DNA of 64,000 bases from the NCBI GenBank assembly GCA_963725865.1, contig CAVSAC010000014.1:608001-672000 (forward strand). Direction: 5' to 3'. The notes under the pieces were generated by a model. The model saw only the letters and a list, made by a program, of their open reading frames with translations. It was not told the origin of the DNA and searched no databases. Within the stretch, counting starts at the first letter, position 1; each line of letters opens with the position of its first letter. This stretch comes from Candidatus Eiseniibacteriota bacterium (lineage in GTDB: Bacteria > Eisenbacteria > RBG-16-71-46). Below are positions 39,594 to 49,267 of the stretch, piece by piece. A program made the translations under genes and the position numbers.

Positions 39594-40939
39594 CGGACGT
39601 CCTGCGCGGGGGGCGCGAGCACCAGCGAATCCGCGAGCGCGAGGTCGCCCGCGCCGCGCACGCGCCAGACCTCCATCCGCGCCGCGCCGCCGTCCGCCGG
39701 TAGGTCGAGGCGCACCACGTGGTAGTCGGTGAAGCCGCGTGCGGTGCCCGCCACCACTGCGGCGCCCGCGGGCAGCGCGTCCGCGATCGCGGTCGCCGCG
39801 CGCTCGTCGGTCGGGTACAGCGGCGCGCCGCCACCGCCGGTCACCACCTGCCAGAAACCCGCTCCGTCGGGGCCGCGGATGTAGGAGCGCCGGAACAGAT
39901 GCTCGTGCCCGGCCAGCACCACGTCGACCCGTTGCTCGAACGCCAGCCGCAGCAGGCGCTCGTGGTACGCGGGCGAGTCCCCGCGCGTCCAGTCGTCGCG
40001 ATAGTGACCCGCGCCCACGAGCGGGTGGTGAAGCACCACGATGCGCATCCCGGGGGCGGACGCGAACGCCGAGTCGGCCCACGCCAGCATGGCCGCGGCG
40101 AGCGCGCGGCGCGGTTCTCGGGGAGCCGCGGTCTCGGCGCCGACGAGCAGGTCGGAGTCGAGCACGACGAACCGCGCGCGCTCCGTGTCGACCGCGAACC
40201 AGCGCCGCTCCGGCACGCCCGCGGTGCCCATGAACGCCGCCCAGTTCGCGGCGCCGAGCGGATCGCAGGTGCGCTCGTGATTGCCGGTCGCGCTCATCAG
40301 CGGCACCCGCGCGCGCAGGCCCGCCCAGCGCGAAGCGAAGTCCTGCCACTGCACCGCGCGGCGCCCGTCCTGGACCAGGTCGCCGGTCGAGACCACGAGG
40401 TCGGCCGGCAGGGCGCCCGCGAGCGCACGAACGACGCGCGCCTCGCCCCCGCCGCGCGGGCGGCGGGTGAAACTCGTGACGAGGTCGCGCGGGCCGTCGA
40501 GCGTGGGCACGATCGCGCGCACCAGCATGACGGGCGCGGCCGCGATCGCGAGAGCGACGCGCCCGGGCTCGCCGGAGTGGATGCCACGCAGCGTTTGGTA
40601 GAGCCGCCACGGGCCGCTCTGCAACCGGAACCCGCCGCGGTTGTCGCCGAACACCAGCACGCGGGTCGCGCGCCCGGGCGCGACTCCGGTCAGGCGGCCG
40701 GCCTCGATGCGGGTGGCACCCGCGGCGGGCGTGACGCTGCCGCCCGCGGTCATGGCGCCCGCCACCGGCTGCGGTCCGGTGGTGGAGGCGAGCGGCGCGC
40801 ATCCCACGCCGGCCGTCAGCGCGAGCGCTGCCGTCAGCGCCAGCGCCGCGGGCGATGCGAACGCCGCGGGCAGCGCGAGCGTGGCGGGCAGCGCGAGCGT
40901 GGCGGGCAGCGCCGGCGCCGGCCCCGCGCGTCGGCTCAT
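39590..40939 (-). CDS. Calcineurin-like metallophosphoesterase, probable lipoprotein
   Basis: GDNRG, GDLV, GNHE, HHP, GHEH metal motifs; hydrophobic N-terminus ending GVGC; ATGA overlaps at both ends. Confidence 0.88.
   Translation of the reverse strand: MSRRAGPAPALPATLALPATLALPAAFASPAALALTAALALTAGVGCAPLASTTGPQPVAGAMTAGGSVTPAAGATRIEAGRLTGVAPGRATRVLVFGDNRGGFRLQSGPWRLYQTLRGIHSGEPGRVALAIAAAPVMLVRAIVPTLDGPRDLVTSFTRRPRGGGEARVVRALAGALPADLVVSTGDLVQDGRRAVQWQDFASRWAGLRARVPLMSATGNHERTCDPLGAANWAAFMGTAGVPERRWFAVDTERARFVVLDSDLLVGAETAAPREPRRALAAAMLAWADSAFASAPGMRIVVLHHPLVGAGHYRDDWTRGDSPAYHERLLRLAFEQRVDVVLAGHEHLFRRSYIRGPDGAGFWQVVTGGGGAPLYPTDERAATAIADALPAGAAVVAGTARGFTDYHVVRLDLPADGGAARMEVWRVRGAGDLALADSLVLAPPAQDVR
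40866..40912. repeat. 18-bp tandem repeat (2.6 copies) in the signal region of the phosphoesterase
   Basis: gcgggcagcgcgagcgtg twice plus a partial copy; encodes PATLAL repeats. Confidence 0.8.
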
Positions 40940-42294
40940 CGAGCGGAGTCCGCCGCTGCGACCGCGCGCGCGGGGCCGCCGCGCTCAGCCGTTGCGCCGC
41001 CGCCCTGGGCCCACGCGACGAGCTTGTCGCGGCGCTCGATCAGCACGTGGGTGAGGTACTCCGTGGCGCGCGGATCGCTGAACCGCGCGCGCTCCACCGC
41101 GGCGCGGATGTGCGCGTCGGTGAACGCGCCGACGATGCGCGCGCCCCAGCGCACGTCCCGCATCGTGCGCTCGTCGAACGCGGGATTGGGATAGTCGGGG
41201 CGCCACGACGCGGGGTCGAAGTTCGCCGACTCGATGTAGCCCACGCTCGGCAGCCGCGGGTCGACCGCCCCCTCCCACGGGAACCGCCGCAGCCCGAGAG
41301 TCGCGAGCGAGCCCGCCATCGTGTTCCAGTCCACGAAGTACTCGGTGCCGGTGGGATAGGCCCGCGCCGTGAGCGCCGCCGATCCCAGCGTGGAGCCGAA
41401 GTCGATCAGGTAGTGGCGGACGAACGCGCGCCCACCCTCCTCCACCCACATGTCGAGCGAGTTCGGGGCCCGGACGTCGGCGTGGTTGGTCCACGCCGCC
41501 ATCGCCCAGAGCCCCCGCAGCTCGCGGCGATGCTGATGCGCGATCAGGTCCTCGGGGTCGTCCTTGCGCCGGCCCCGGTACTCGAACGGGCCGAGCGGCT
41601 TGCCCGCGAGCAACCGGCTCGCGAGCGCGCGATAGCTACCGTCGGGGCGGCGCCCCAGGCGCTCGAGGAGGCGCGCCAGATCCGGGGCCTCCATCCGCCG
41701 CGTGCGCCCGAGCGGATCGACGAACCTGGCGTCGTCCGCCAGTCGCAGGTCCTCGGCGCGGAACGTCACCACCGCGTTATCCGGCACGTTGTAGCCGGCG
41801 GCCCAGAGCAGATAGGTGCAGATCACGTCGGCGCCCGTCGCCATCTCGGGGAGCGCGGGGGGATCGAACTTGAGGATGAAGCGGTCGCCGCGGCCGTCGC
41901 GGATGAAGAAGCCGGGGGTGACGCCCTGGGTCTTGCCGCGCGTCACCGTCCACGGTCCGGGCGCGGGTCCGGTGCCGGGGCCGGGGCCGGTGAGCATCTG
42001 CTCGACACCGACCGGCCGGAAGCCGACGCGCGGCTGCCACCACGTGCTGGGCAGGTGCACCTGGTCGCGCTCGTCCACGTTGAGCGCCTCGCGCGGCGTG
42101 CCGCGCAGCTTGCGCACCGCGCGCGACGGGTCGAGCACGCGCGTCAGCGGACGCACCACGCTCTGGTCGACCAGCTCCCAGTAGTACGACAGCTCGCGCG
42201 CGCGCGGCGGGCTCGGCGCGGACTGCGCGCGCGCGAGGCCGGCGATGGCCAGCACCGCCGCACCCAGCAGGAGCCCGAGCCGGGGCGCGTTCAT
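40936..42294 (-). CDS. Exported atypical protein-kinase-fold protein (HipA/CotH/PI3K-like motifs)
   Basis: Signal peptide ending ARA-Q; GKTQGVTPGF, FILKFD, PEMATG, GYNVP, WTNHADVRAPN, YLIDFGSTLG. Confidence 0.7.
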   Translation of the reverse strand: MNAPRLGLLLGAAVLAIAGLARAQSAPSPPRARELSYYWELVDQSVVRPLTRVLDPSRAVRKLRGTPREALNVDERDQVHLPSTWWQPRVGFRPVGVEQMLTGPGPGTGPAPGPWTVTRGKTQGVTPGFFIRDGRGDRFILKFDPPALPEMATGADVICTYLLWAAGYNVPDNAVVTFRAEDLRLADDARFVDPLGRTRRMEAPDLARLLERLGRRPDGSYRALASRLLAGKPLGPFEYRGRRKDDPEDLIAHQHRRELRGLWAMAAWTNHADVRAPNSLDMWVEEGGRAFVRHYLIDFGSTLGSAALTARAYPTGTEYFVDWNTMAGSLATLGLRRFPWEGAVDPRLPSVGYIESANFDPASWRPDYPNPAFDERTMRDVRWGARIVGAFTDAHIRAAVERARFSDPRATEYLTHVLIERRDKLVAWAQGGGATAERGGPARAVAAADSAR

Positions 42295-43682
42295 TCCACC
42301 CCACCGATCGAGAACCGCAGCCGCGAGCCCTCGGGCGAGACATCCACCCCGACCATGCCCAGCACGCCCTTCACGACGCGCGGCCGCAACGCGACGCCGA
42401 ACGAGTGCTTCAGCGTGCGCGGCACGAGGTCCTGGGACAGCGCGTCGTACACGCCGCCGGTCTCGGCGTGGACCTCCAGCTCCACGTACTGCTCCAGCGG
42501 GAACACATAGGTCAGGCGCGCAAGCGCCAGGTCCAAGCCCTGGAAGCGCCGCGACTGGTAGCCCCACAGTCCCGCGCTGCCGCCCAGGGATTCGAGGTCC
42601 CCGAGCAGGAACGGAGCGTCGCCCGCCGAGACGTGCGTGTCGGTGACGCGCACCAGCAGCCGCAGCGTGCGCGGATCGCGCCCGAACGAGGCGCCGCCCT
42701 CGGCCTCCACCGTGCTCCGCGTGAAGCGCGCGCCGGCACGATCGCGCCCCCCGAGCGCGAGCTCGCCCGGCGGCGCGTCGAAGCGCTCGAACGAACCACT
42801 CACCCGCACTCCGCGCGCCCAGTGGGGGCGGCCTGAGCGGCCATCGAGCGTGCCATCGAGGCCCCACACCAGGTGTTCGACCTGCTGGTCGTCGAGCGCG
42901 CTGGCCAGCGCCGGATCGACTTCGGCGAGTCGCGCCTCCCCGCCGTCCGGATGCGCGATCCGCGTGACCGCCTCGCGCAGCCCCGCCTCGGCACCGACCC
43001 GCACCCGCGCGCTGCCGGCCGCCGCCGCGGGCCACCCCAGTCGCACGCCGGCGTGCCGTGCGTGCGAGGCGAAGATGGCCTCGTCGTCCGTCCGGCTCGC
43101 CATGCCCGCGCCGAAAAAGTGCTCCTGCGGCCGCCACTCTTCGTGATACGAAGCTGCCGCCAGGCCGGCGTCCAGCTCGACCCCCGCGCGGGTGTACTTG
43201 CGCGTGCTGCCGCTCCATTCCGCGCGCAGGTGGCGGCGCGTCGGCCTGGGGACGAGGGCGACCGTGACTCCGGTGCCGGTGTGGTCGCCGAGGCTCGCCG
43301 GCGCGGCCGTGAGGCCGATCGTGGGAGCGGCGGCGAACACCACGGCCAGCTTGGGGACGACGTTGGAGCTTTCGAGGACCAGCAGCCCGCTGCGCGTCGC
43401 AGCTCCGAGCGCCACCAGCGGGAGCGAGACCACCCGTCCGGGCAGGCGCAGCGCGGTCTCCCAGCCGGTCTCGCCGGTCAGGACGCGGGGCGGATTCCAG
43501 GGGGGCGCGTGGGTGGGCCCCAGGTCAGCCGTCGCAGCCGAGTCCGGGAATGCCTCCGCCGTCGCCGCCACCAGGGCGTGGAACGCCGGCGCGGGTCGGG
43601 CATCCGAAGGCCATGCGCCCGCGGCCGACACGGGCAGCGGCATGGCGATGGTGAGGGCGATCAAGACGTGGGGGGTCCGCAT
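42291..43682 (-). CDS. Omp85/BamA-TamA-like outer-membrane beta-barrel without obvious POTRA domains
   Basis: Signal peptide; LGGSAGLWGYQSRRFQG resembles the Omp85 loop-6 LGG..(L/V)RG(Y/F) motif; HAETGGVY; SFGVALR; C-terminal LRFSIGG. Confidence 0.72.
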   Translation of the reverse strand: MRTPHVLIALTIAMPLPVSAAGAWPSDARPAPAFHALVAATAEAFPDSAATADLGPTHAPPWNPPRVLTGETGWETALRLPGRVVSLPLVALGAATRSGLLVLESSNVVPKLAVVFAAAPTIGLTAAPASLGDHTGTGVTVALVPRPTRRHLRAEWSGSTRKYTRAGVELDAGLAAASYHEEWRPQEHFFGAGMASRTDDEAIFASHARHAGVRLGWPAAAAGSARVRVGAEAGLREAVTRIAHPDGGEARLAEVDPALASALDDQQVEHLVWGLDGTLDGRSGRPHWARGVRVSGSFERFDAPPGELALGGRDRAGARFTRSTVEAEGGASFGRDPRTLRLLVRVTDTHVSAGDAPFLLGDLESLGGSAGLWGYQSRRFQGLDLALARLTYVFPLEQYVELEVHAETGGVYDALSQDLVPRTLKHSFGVALRPRVVKGVLGMVGVDVSPEGSRLRFSIGGVE

Positions 43683-43769
43683 GTGCGTCGCGCCAGTCTC
43701 GACGCCGGGCGCAGCGAAGTCAACGCCTGAACCGCGATGGTTCGCGACCCCTCGCGGGGACCGCCGAGG

Positions 43770-46490
43770 ATGATCGCGGCCCTGGCGAGCCGCCTGCGCC
43801 TCGAGCCCGAGGAGCTGCGGCAGGCGTTCATCGACGGCGGCATGCTGTTCGCCTTCACGGCGTCGTACACCCTGGTGCGGACCGCGCGGGACGCCTACTT
43901 CCTCGCCGAGCTGCCGGTCACCACCCTGCCGTGGGTCTATCTGGCGGTCGGTCTCCTGGCGTTCGTCATCGCCGGCGCGTTCGAGCGCGCGACCCACCGC
44001 TTCGCCACCTGCAAGACCCTCGGCGTGCTGTCGCTGGGCTCGGCCGTCGTGCTGCTCGCGTTCGCCTGGCTGATGGGACGCGGCGTGTCGTGGGGCCCGA
44101 TCGCGCTCTACCTGTGGGTGAACGTCTACGGGCTGCTGTTGATGGTGCAGTTCTGGGTGTTCGTCAACAGCGGCTCGGACCCGCGTGAGGCCAAGCGCAT
44201 CCTCGGCATCGTCGGGGGCGGCGGGATCGTCGGCGGCCTGGTCGGCGGAGCGCTCGCGGCGCCGCTCGCCGCGTTCGGGCTGCCGATGCTGCTGGTCGTG
44301 GGTGCGGCGCTGCTGCTGGCGGTCCCGCCGCAGGTCTATCGCGGCTCGCGGCAGGGTCACCTGCCGGCGACGGAGCCCGAGGTGGAGGACCCGGAAGAAG
44401 AGACCGTGCCTCCGGTGCGCCACCCTTACGTGCGCTGGCTGGCGCTCGCCTCGCTGTGCTCGGTCGTGGTGACCGGGCTCCTCGACTACCAGTTCAAGGT
44501 CGCGCTCCAGCAGCGCATTCCCGAGCCCGAGCGACTGGCCACGTTCATCGGCCAGTTCTACATCGCGATCAACCTGGCCTCGCTGATCGTCCAGTTGTTC
44601 GCGACCCGCTGGGCGCTCCAGCGGTTCGGGGCCGGCTGGTCGGCCGCGGTGCTGCCCGCCGGCATCACGGTGGGAGCGCTCGCGACCGTCGCGCTGCCGG
44701 GACTGATCCCGGTGGTGGCGACGCGGTTGTGGGACCAGATGGAGCGTCAATCGCTCAATCGCAGCGCGATCGAGCTGTTCTACTTCCCGCTCTCGCCCGG
44801 CCTGCGGCGCCGCGTGAAGTCGGCGATCGGCGCCGGGCTCGAGCGCCTCGGCGACGCGCTGGCGGGTGGCCTGCTGATCGCGATCGCGGCCTTCGCCGGC
44901 TCCGGCGTGCGCACGCTCGCGATCGCGGTGCTCGCGCTCCTCGCCGTGTGGGCCGTGGCGTGGCTCGGCGTGCGGCGCGGCTACGTCTTCCAGCTCGCGC
45001 GAAACCTGCGGCGCATGAATCTCCACCACGAGCGCGAGATGATCTCGCTCCGCGAGGCCAGCCTGCTGGTCGAGATGAAGCGGCTGCTCGAGCACCCGTT
45101 CGAGCGCCTGGTGCTGCACGGCCTCGAGCTGATCGAGGAGAGCGCGCCCGAGACGCTCCCCGAACACCTGCCGGCGCTGCTCGAGCACGCCTCGCCGCGC
45201 GTGCGTGCACGCGCCGTCGCGCTGGCCGGCAAGTGGGGCGGCGAGGCGTTCCGGCCCGCCCTCGCGGCCCGCCTGGAGGACGAGGACCCCGACGTGCGCC
45301 TGGCGGCGCTGCGCGCGAGCCACGCGCGCGGCGAACTCGATCCGCTCGAAGCGGTCCGCGGCTTCCTCGAATCGGACGACCCGCGTCACCGCCGCGCCGC
45401 GCTGCTGTACGCGGCCGAGAACGCCGGCCCCGTGGACGACGCGCGGCTGCTCGCGCTCTGCGAGCGCCGGCTGCGCGACGGCACGGTCGAGGACCACGCG
45501 GCGGTCGCCGAGGCGCTCGGGCGGCGGCCCGCGGGCACGATGCTCCACGCGCTGCTCGACCGGCTGCTGCGCCACCCGCAGCGCGCCGTGCGCGTGGCGG
45601 CCTACGGCAGCGCCGGCCGGCTGCGGCGGCGCGCGGACGTGCCGATCCTGATCGAGGCGCTCACCCGGTCCGGCGAGCGCGAGGCCGCGCGCGCCGCGCT
45701 CGTGGCGTACGCCGACGGAGTTTCGGGCACGCTCTCCGACTGGCTCAGCGACCGCTCGGTTCCCAGCCCGGTGCGCCGCGAGTTGCCGCGCGTGCTGGGC
45801 GAGATCGGCACCCAGGAGGCGGCCAACGGCCTGATGCGCTGCCGCGAGCGCGAGGACGTGCGCCTCGCGTATCGCATCCTGAAGGCGTGCAACCGCATTC
45901 GCGCGGCGGACAAGCGCGTGCGTTTCGACGCGGCGCTGGCGGGCGAGGACCTGGAGCTCGACGCGCGCGCGTACGGCTTCGCGCTGGTGCACTCGCGGGC
46001 GTGTCCCGAGCAGATGGCGCCGCGCAGCCCGGAGCGCCTGCTGCTCACGGTGCTCGGCGAGCGCATGGACCAGGCGCTGGATCGCGTGTTCCGCCGCCTC
46101 GCGCTGCTCTATCCGCCGCGGACGCTGTACGACGCGTGGCGCGGGCTCTCGGGCGACCGGCGCCAGCGCGGCAACGCGATCGAGTACCTCGAGAACGCGC
46201 TGGCCCCCGCGCATCGCGCGCTGGTGCTGCCGCTGGTGAACGCCGGCAGCGACGAGGAGCGCCTGCGCTTCGTCGAGCAGCGCTGGGGATTCCGGCCGCT
46301 GGCGTACGACGACTCGCTCGAGCAGATTCTCGGATCCGAAGACGTCTGGCTGCGCGCGGTCGCGCTCCAGGTCATCGGCACGCGGCGCGACCGCCGCATG
46401 CTGACGCAGGTCGAGGCCAACCTGGGCGCGTCCAACGCGCTCGTTCGCGAGATCGCCGCGTGGGCCGTCGCGGCGATCGCACTGGGGTAG
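43770..46490 (+). CDS. TLC/NTT transporter fused to HEAT repeats
   Basis: RTARDAYFL, QFWVFVN..DPREAKR, DYQFK, SLNRSAIELFYFP, RRVKS; then HEAT repeats LEHASPRVRARA, LEDEDPDVRLAA, RGNAIEYLEN. Confidence 0.88.
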   Translation: MIAALASRLRLEPEELRQAFIDGGMLFAFTASYTLVRTARDAYFLAELPVTTLPWVYLAVGLLAFVIAGAFERATHRFATCKTLGVLSLGSAVVLLAFAWLMGRGVSWGPIALYLWVNVYGLLLMVQFWVFVNSGSDPREAKRILGIVGGGGIVGGLVGGALAAPLAAFGLPMLLVVGAALLLAVPPQVYRGSRQGHLPATEPEVEDPEEETVPPVRHPYVRWLALASLCSVVVTGLLDYQFKVALQQRIPEPERLATFIGQFYIAINLASLIVQLFATRWALQRFGAGWSAAVLPAGITVGALATVALPGLIPVVATRLWDQMERQSLNRSAIELFYFPLSPGLRRRVKSAIGAGLERLGDALAGGLLIAIAAFAGSGVRTLAIAVLALLAVWAVAWLGVRRGYVFQLARNLRRMNLHHEREMISLREASLLVEMKRLLEHPFERLVLHGLELIEESAPETLPEHLPALLEHASPRVRARAVALAGKWGGEAFRPALAARLEDEDPDVRLAALRASHARGELDPLEAVRGFLESDDPRHRRAALLYAAENAGPVDDARLLALCERRLRDGTVEDHAAVAEALGRRPAGTMLHALLDRLLRHPQRAVRVAAYGSAGRLRRRADVPILIEALTRSGEREAARAALVAYADGVSGTLSDWLSDRSVPSPVRRELPRVLGEIGTQEAANGLMRCREREDVRLAYRILKACNRIRAADKRVRFDAALAGEDLELDARAYGFALVHSRACPEQMAPRSPERLLLTVLGERMDQALDRVFRRLALLYPPRTLYDAWRGLSGDRRQRGNAIEYLENALAPAHRALVLPLVNAGSDEERLRFVEQRWGFRPLAYDDSLEQILGSEDVWLRAVALQVIGTRRDRRMLTQVEANLGASNALVREIAAWAVAAIALG

Positions 46491-46493
46491 CCC

Positions 46494-47039
46494 ATGTCCG
46501 ACACCCTCACGCTGGTCGAGAAGACCGCCTTCCTGAAGAGCCTGCCACTGCTGGCCTCGATCCCCACCGAGGCACTCGCGCAGCTCGCGTCACGCTCGCG
46601 CGAGGTGCACGCCGAGCCGAGCGAGACGCTGATCCACGCCGGCGAGCCCAGCCGCGGCCCGTGGCTGGTGGTGGACGGGCGGCTCGAGCAGCACATGGCG
46701 GGCAGCCTGGTGCGCGTGCTGCTGCCCGGCATGGGATTCGGCGAGCTGTTCGTGTCGGAGGGCACCGCCACCGATTACACGGTGCGCGCGCTGGACCACG
46801 CGCACGTGCTCAATCTCTCGCGCGACGACGTGCTCGAGGCGCTGGTCGACTTCCCGGAGCTGGCGGTCAGCCTGATGCGCGCGTTCGCGCTGCGCGTGCA
46901 CGACATGACCGTGCGGGTGCTCGACCTCGAGCGCCTGATCGCGAGCATGCAGCGCGCGCTCGAGGCGGCGGGGCTCCCGCTGCCCGAACCGGAGCCGAGC
47001 GTCGGCACCCTGCTGGCGGCGGACGACGACACCATCTGA
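46494..47039 (+). CDS. Cyclic-nucleotide-binding-domain protein (degenerate)
   Basis: LVEKTAFLKSLPLL, LIHAGE, VVDGRL, GFGEL, TVRA, FPELAVSLMR. Confidence 0.82.
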   Translation: MSDTLTLVEKTAFLKSLPLLASIPTEALAQLASRSREVHAEPSETLIHAGEPSRGPWLVVDGRLEQHMAGSLVRVLLPGMGFGELFVSEGTATDYTVRALDHAHVLNLSRDDVLEALVDFPELAVSLMRAFALRVHDMTVRVLDLERLIASMQRALEAAGLPLPEPEPSVGTLLAADDDTI

Positions 47040-47102
47040 CCGCCGGCCGCCTCCCGATGTCGCGCCGGCCGCGGACCAGCAGGGCCCGCGCGGCGCGGGC
47101 GG

Positions 47103-47903
47103 TTAGCGGCCGTCGCCGTCCAGCAGGTTGCCGAGGCCGCCGAGGATCGAGCCCTCGTCCACGCGCCGGCCGCCGGTCTGGGGCGCCGCGGCATAGATGC
47201 GGCTCGCGAGCCGGCTGAACGGCAGCGACTGCAGCCACACCTTGCCCGGCCCCCGCAGGGTGGCGAAGAACAGGCCCTCGCCGCCGAACAGCGCGGTCTT
47301 GATGCCGCCCACCAGCTGGATGTCGTACGTCACGCTCGGCACCAGGCCCACCAGGCAGCCGGTGTCGACGCGCAGCGTCTCGCCCGCGGAGAGGACCTTC
47401 TCCTCCAGCATGCCGCCGGCGTGCACGAACACCCAGCCGTCGCCGGTCAGGCGCTCCATGATGAAGCCCTCGCCGCCGAACAGCCCGGCGCCGAAGCGCT
47501 TGTTGAACGCGATGCCGAGCTGCACGCCCTTCGCGGCGCACAGGAACGAGTCCTTCTGGCAGATGATCTCGCCGCCGACCTCCGCGAGGTGCACCGGCAT
47601 GATGCGGCCCGGGTACGGCGCGGCGAACGCCACCTTGCGCTTCTGCTGGGACTCGTTGTGGAACACGGTGGTGAACAGCGACTCGCCGGTGAGCAGGCGC
47701 TTGCCGGCGCCGAGCAGCGCGCCCATGAAGCCCTTCTGGGCGCCCGAGCCGTCACCGAAGACGGTATCCATCTGGATGCCGTCCTCGATGTACATCATCA
47801 TGCCCGCTTCGGCGACCGCGGCCTCGCCGGGATCGAGCTCGAGCTTCACGAACTGCAGGTCCTCGCCGACGATCTCGTAGTCCACCTCGTGCATGGTGCT
47901 CAT
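47103..47903 (-). CDS. TIGR00266/AIM24 family protein
   Basis: [50 protein letters not shown]. Confidence 0.92.
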   Translation of the reverse strand: MSTMHEVDYEIVGEDLQFVKLELDPGEAAVAEAGMMMYIEDGIQMDTVFGDGSGAQKGFMGALLGAGKRLLTGESLFTTVFHNESQQKRKVAFAAPYPGRIMPVHLAEVGGEIICQKDSFLCAAKGVQLGIAFNKRFGAGLFGGEGFIMERLTGDGWVFVHAGGMLEEKVLSAGETLRVDTGCLVGLVPSVTYDIQLVGGIKTALFGGEGLFFATLRGPGKVWLQSLPFSRLASRIYAAAPQTGGRRVDEGSILGGLGNLLDGDGR

Positions 47904-48204
47904 CGCGCTCTCCGTGGGTGTGGGCTCGTGCGCGGCCACGGCTGCGCCGCGCGGTCTGGATACGTCAACGGGGCGAGGCGGGTTGCCGCTCCGATCGCGC
48001 GCTCCGGACTTCCGGAAGCCGCGCGGGGCCCGCGTCCGGGCGGCATTCTAGGCCGCGCTCGGCGGGGCTTCCACCGCGCGCGCGCCGGCCGCGCCGCGTC
48101 GCCGGCCGCGTGCGAGCGCGCGGGCCGGCTGCTAATCTGCGGCGGTCGCCGGTTGCCACGCCGTCCTTCGCCGCGCCCGCTCGTCCGCTGGAGGTCCCTG
48201 ACCG

Positions 48205-49263
48205 ATGCGTGCTTCCCGTCCCTGCACTCCTGCCGGTGCGCTCGCCCTCGCCGCCGTGCTGGCGGCGCTCGCCGGATCGTGCGGCCCGCGGCGCTCCGCC
48301 CCGGGCACCGCCACCGCCGACTCCACGCTGACCGCCGAGCCGGTCGGAACCGGCTCCAAGTCGCAGGTGACGTTCGTCGAGGTGACGCCGCACACCCGGC
48401 GGGTGGCGCTGCCGCTCGGCAGCGGCGGCGACAGCCTGCTGCTACGCCCGTCCGCGAAGGGGCGCACCGGCGGCTGGAGCATCCAGCGCCGCGCGGGCGC
48501 CGATGGCACCACCACCGCGGTCGGCTCGCTGGTCGGAGCACTCGAGGCGGCCGGGACCGTGGACCTGCACCACGACGGGACCCGCGAGGCCTTCCTGGTG
48601 GCCTCCGACGGCGGCTCCGGGCTGACGAACCGCGAGCTCGACCTTTACTGCACCCCGTCGGAGAAGCTGCTCACGCTCACGCTCACGTTCATGCACGACG
48701 CCACCGAGCCGGTACCGTCGGTCGTGCGCAGCGACGAGCTCGAGCAGCCGCCCTTCGCGCCCGAGGCCTCGTTCCTCGAGGGCATCAAGCGCGACTACGG
48801 CTACGTCAGCGAAGCCGATCTGGCGCGCGGCGACGACCCCGCGCGGGCGTTCTACTACTGGCGCACCGACAACGCGGGGCACGTGGACGGCGCGCCGCTG
48901 AAGCTGCGGCGCTTCCCGGGCCGCCGCGCCGGGATGGGCAGCATCGAGGACTCGCTGGTGGTGGGCGGCGTGACCTACACCGCCTACTTCAAGAGCGGGG
49001 TGGTCGCCTACGACCCGGCGGCGAACGAGCACTGGGTGATGTTCCACCCCGACGACCCGTTCGACTGGCCGACGCATCTGGCCACCGCCGGCGACGTGCT
49101 CGTGATCGGCACCCGCGGCGAGGGGCTGGTGTTCGTGAAGCTGCCGACGCTCCAGATGCGCCGCATGCGCGTGCTGGGCAACGACACGGTGCAGCAGCTC
49201 GAGGTCCGCGACAGCCTGGTGGTCGTCAACGGCGCGGCCCGGGTGGCGGTGCCGGAGTTCTAG
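48205..49263 (+). CDS. Hypothetical lipoprotein
   Basis: Signal peptide with LAGSC lipobox; beta-rich; no family recognised. Confidence 0.65.
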   Translation: MRASRPCTPAGALALAAVLAALAGSCGPRRSAPGTATADSTLTAEPVGTGSKSQVTFVEVTPHTRRVALPLGSGGDSLLLRPSAKGRTGGWSIQRRAGADGTTTAVGSLVGALEAAGTVDLHHDGTREAFLVASDGGSGLTNRELDLYCTPSEKLLTLTLTFMHDATEPVPSVVRSDELEQPPFAPEASFLEGIKRDYGYVSEADLARGDDPARAFYYWRTDNAGHVDGAPLKLRRFPGRRAGMGSIEDSLVVGGVTYTAYFKSGVVAYDPAANEHWVMFHPDDPFDWPTHLATAGDVLVIGTRGEGLVFVKLPTLQMRRMRVLGNDTVQQLEVRDSLVVVNGAARVAVPEF

Positions 49264-49267
49264 CCGC

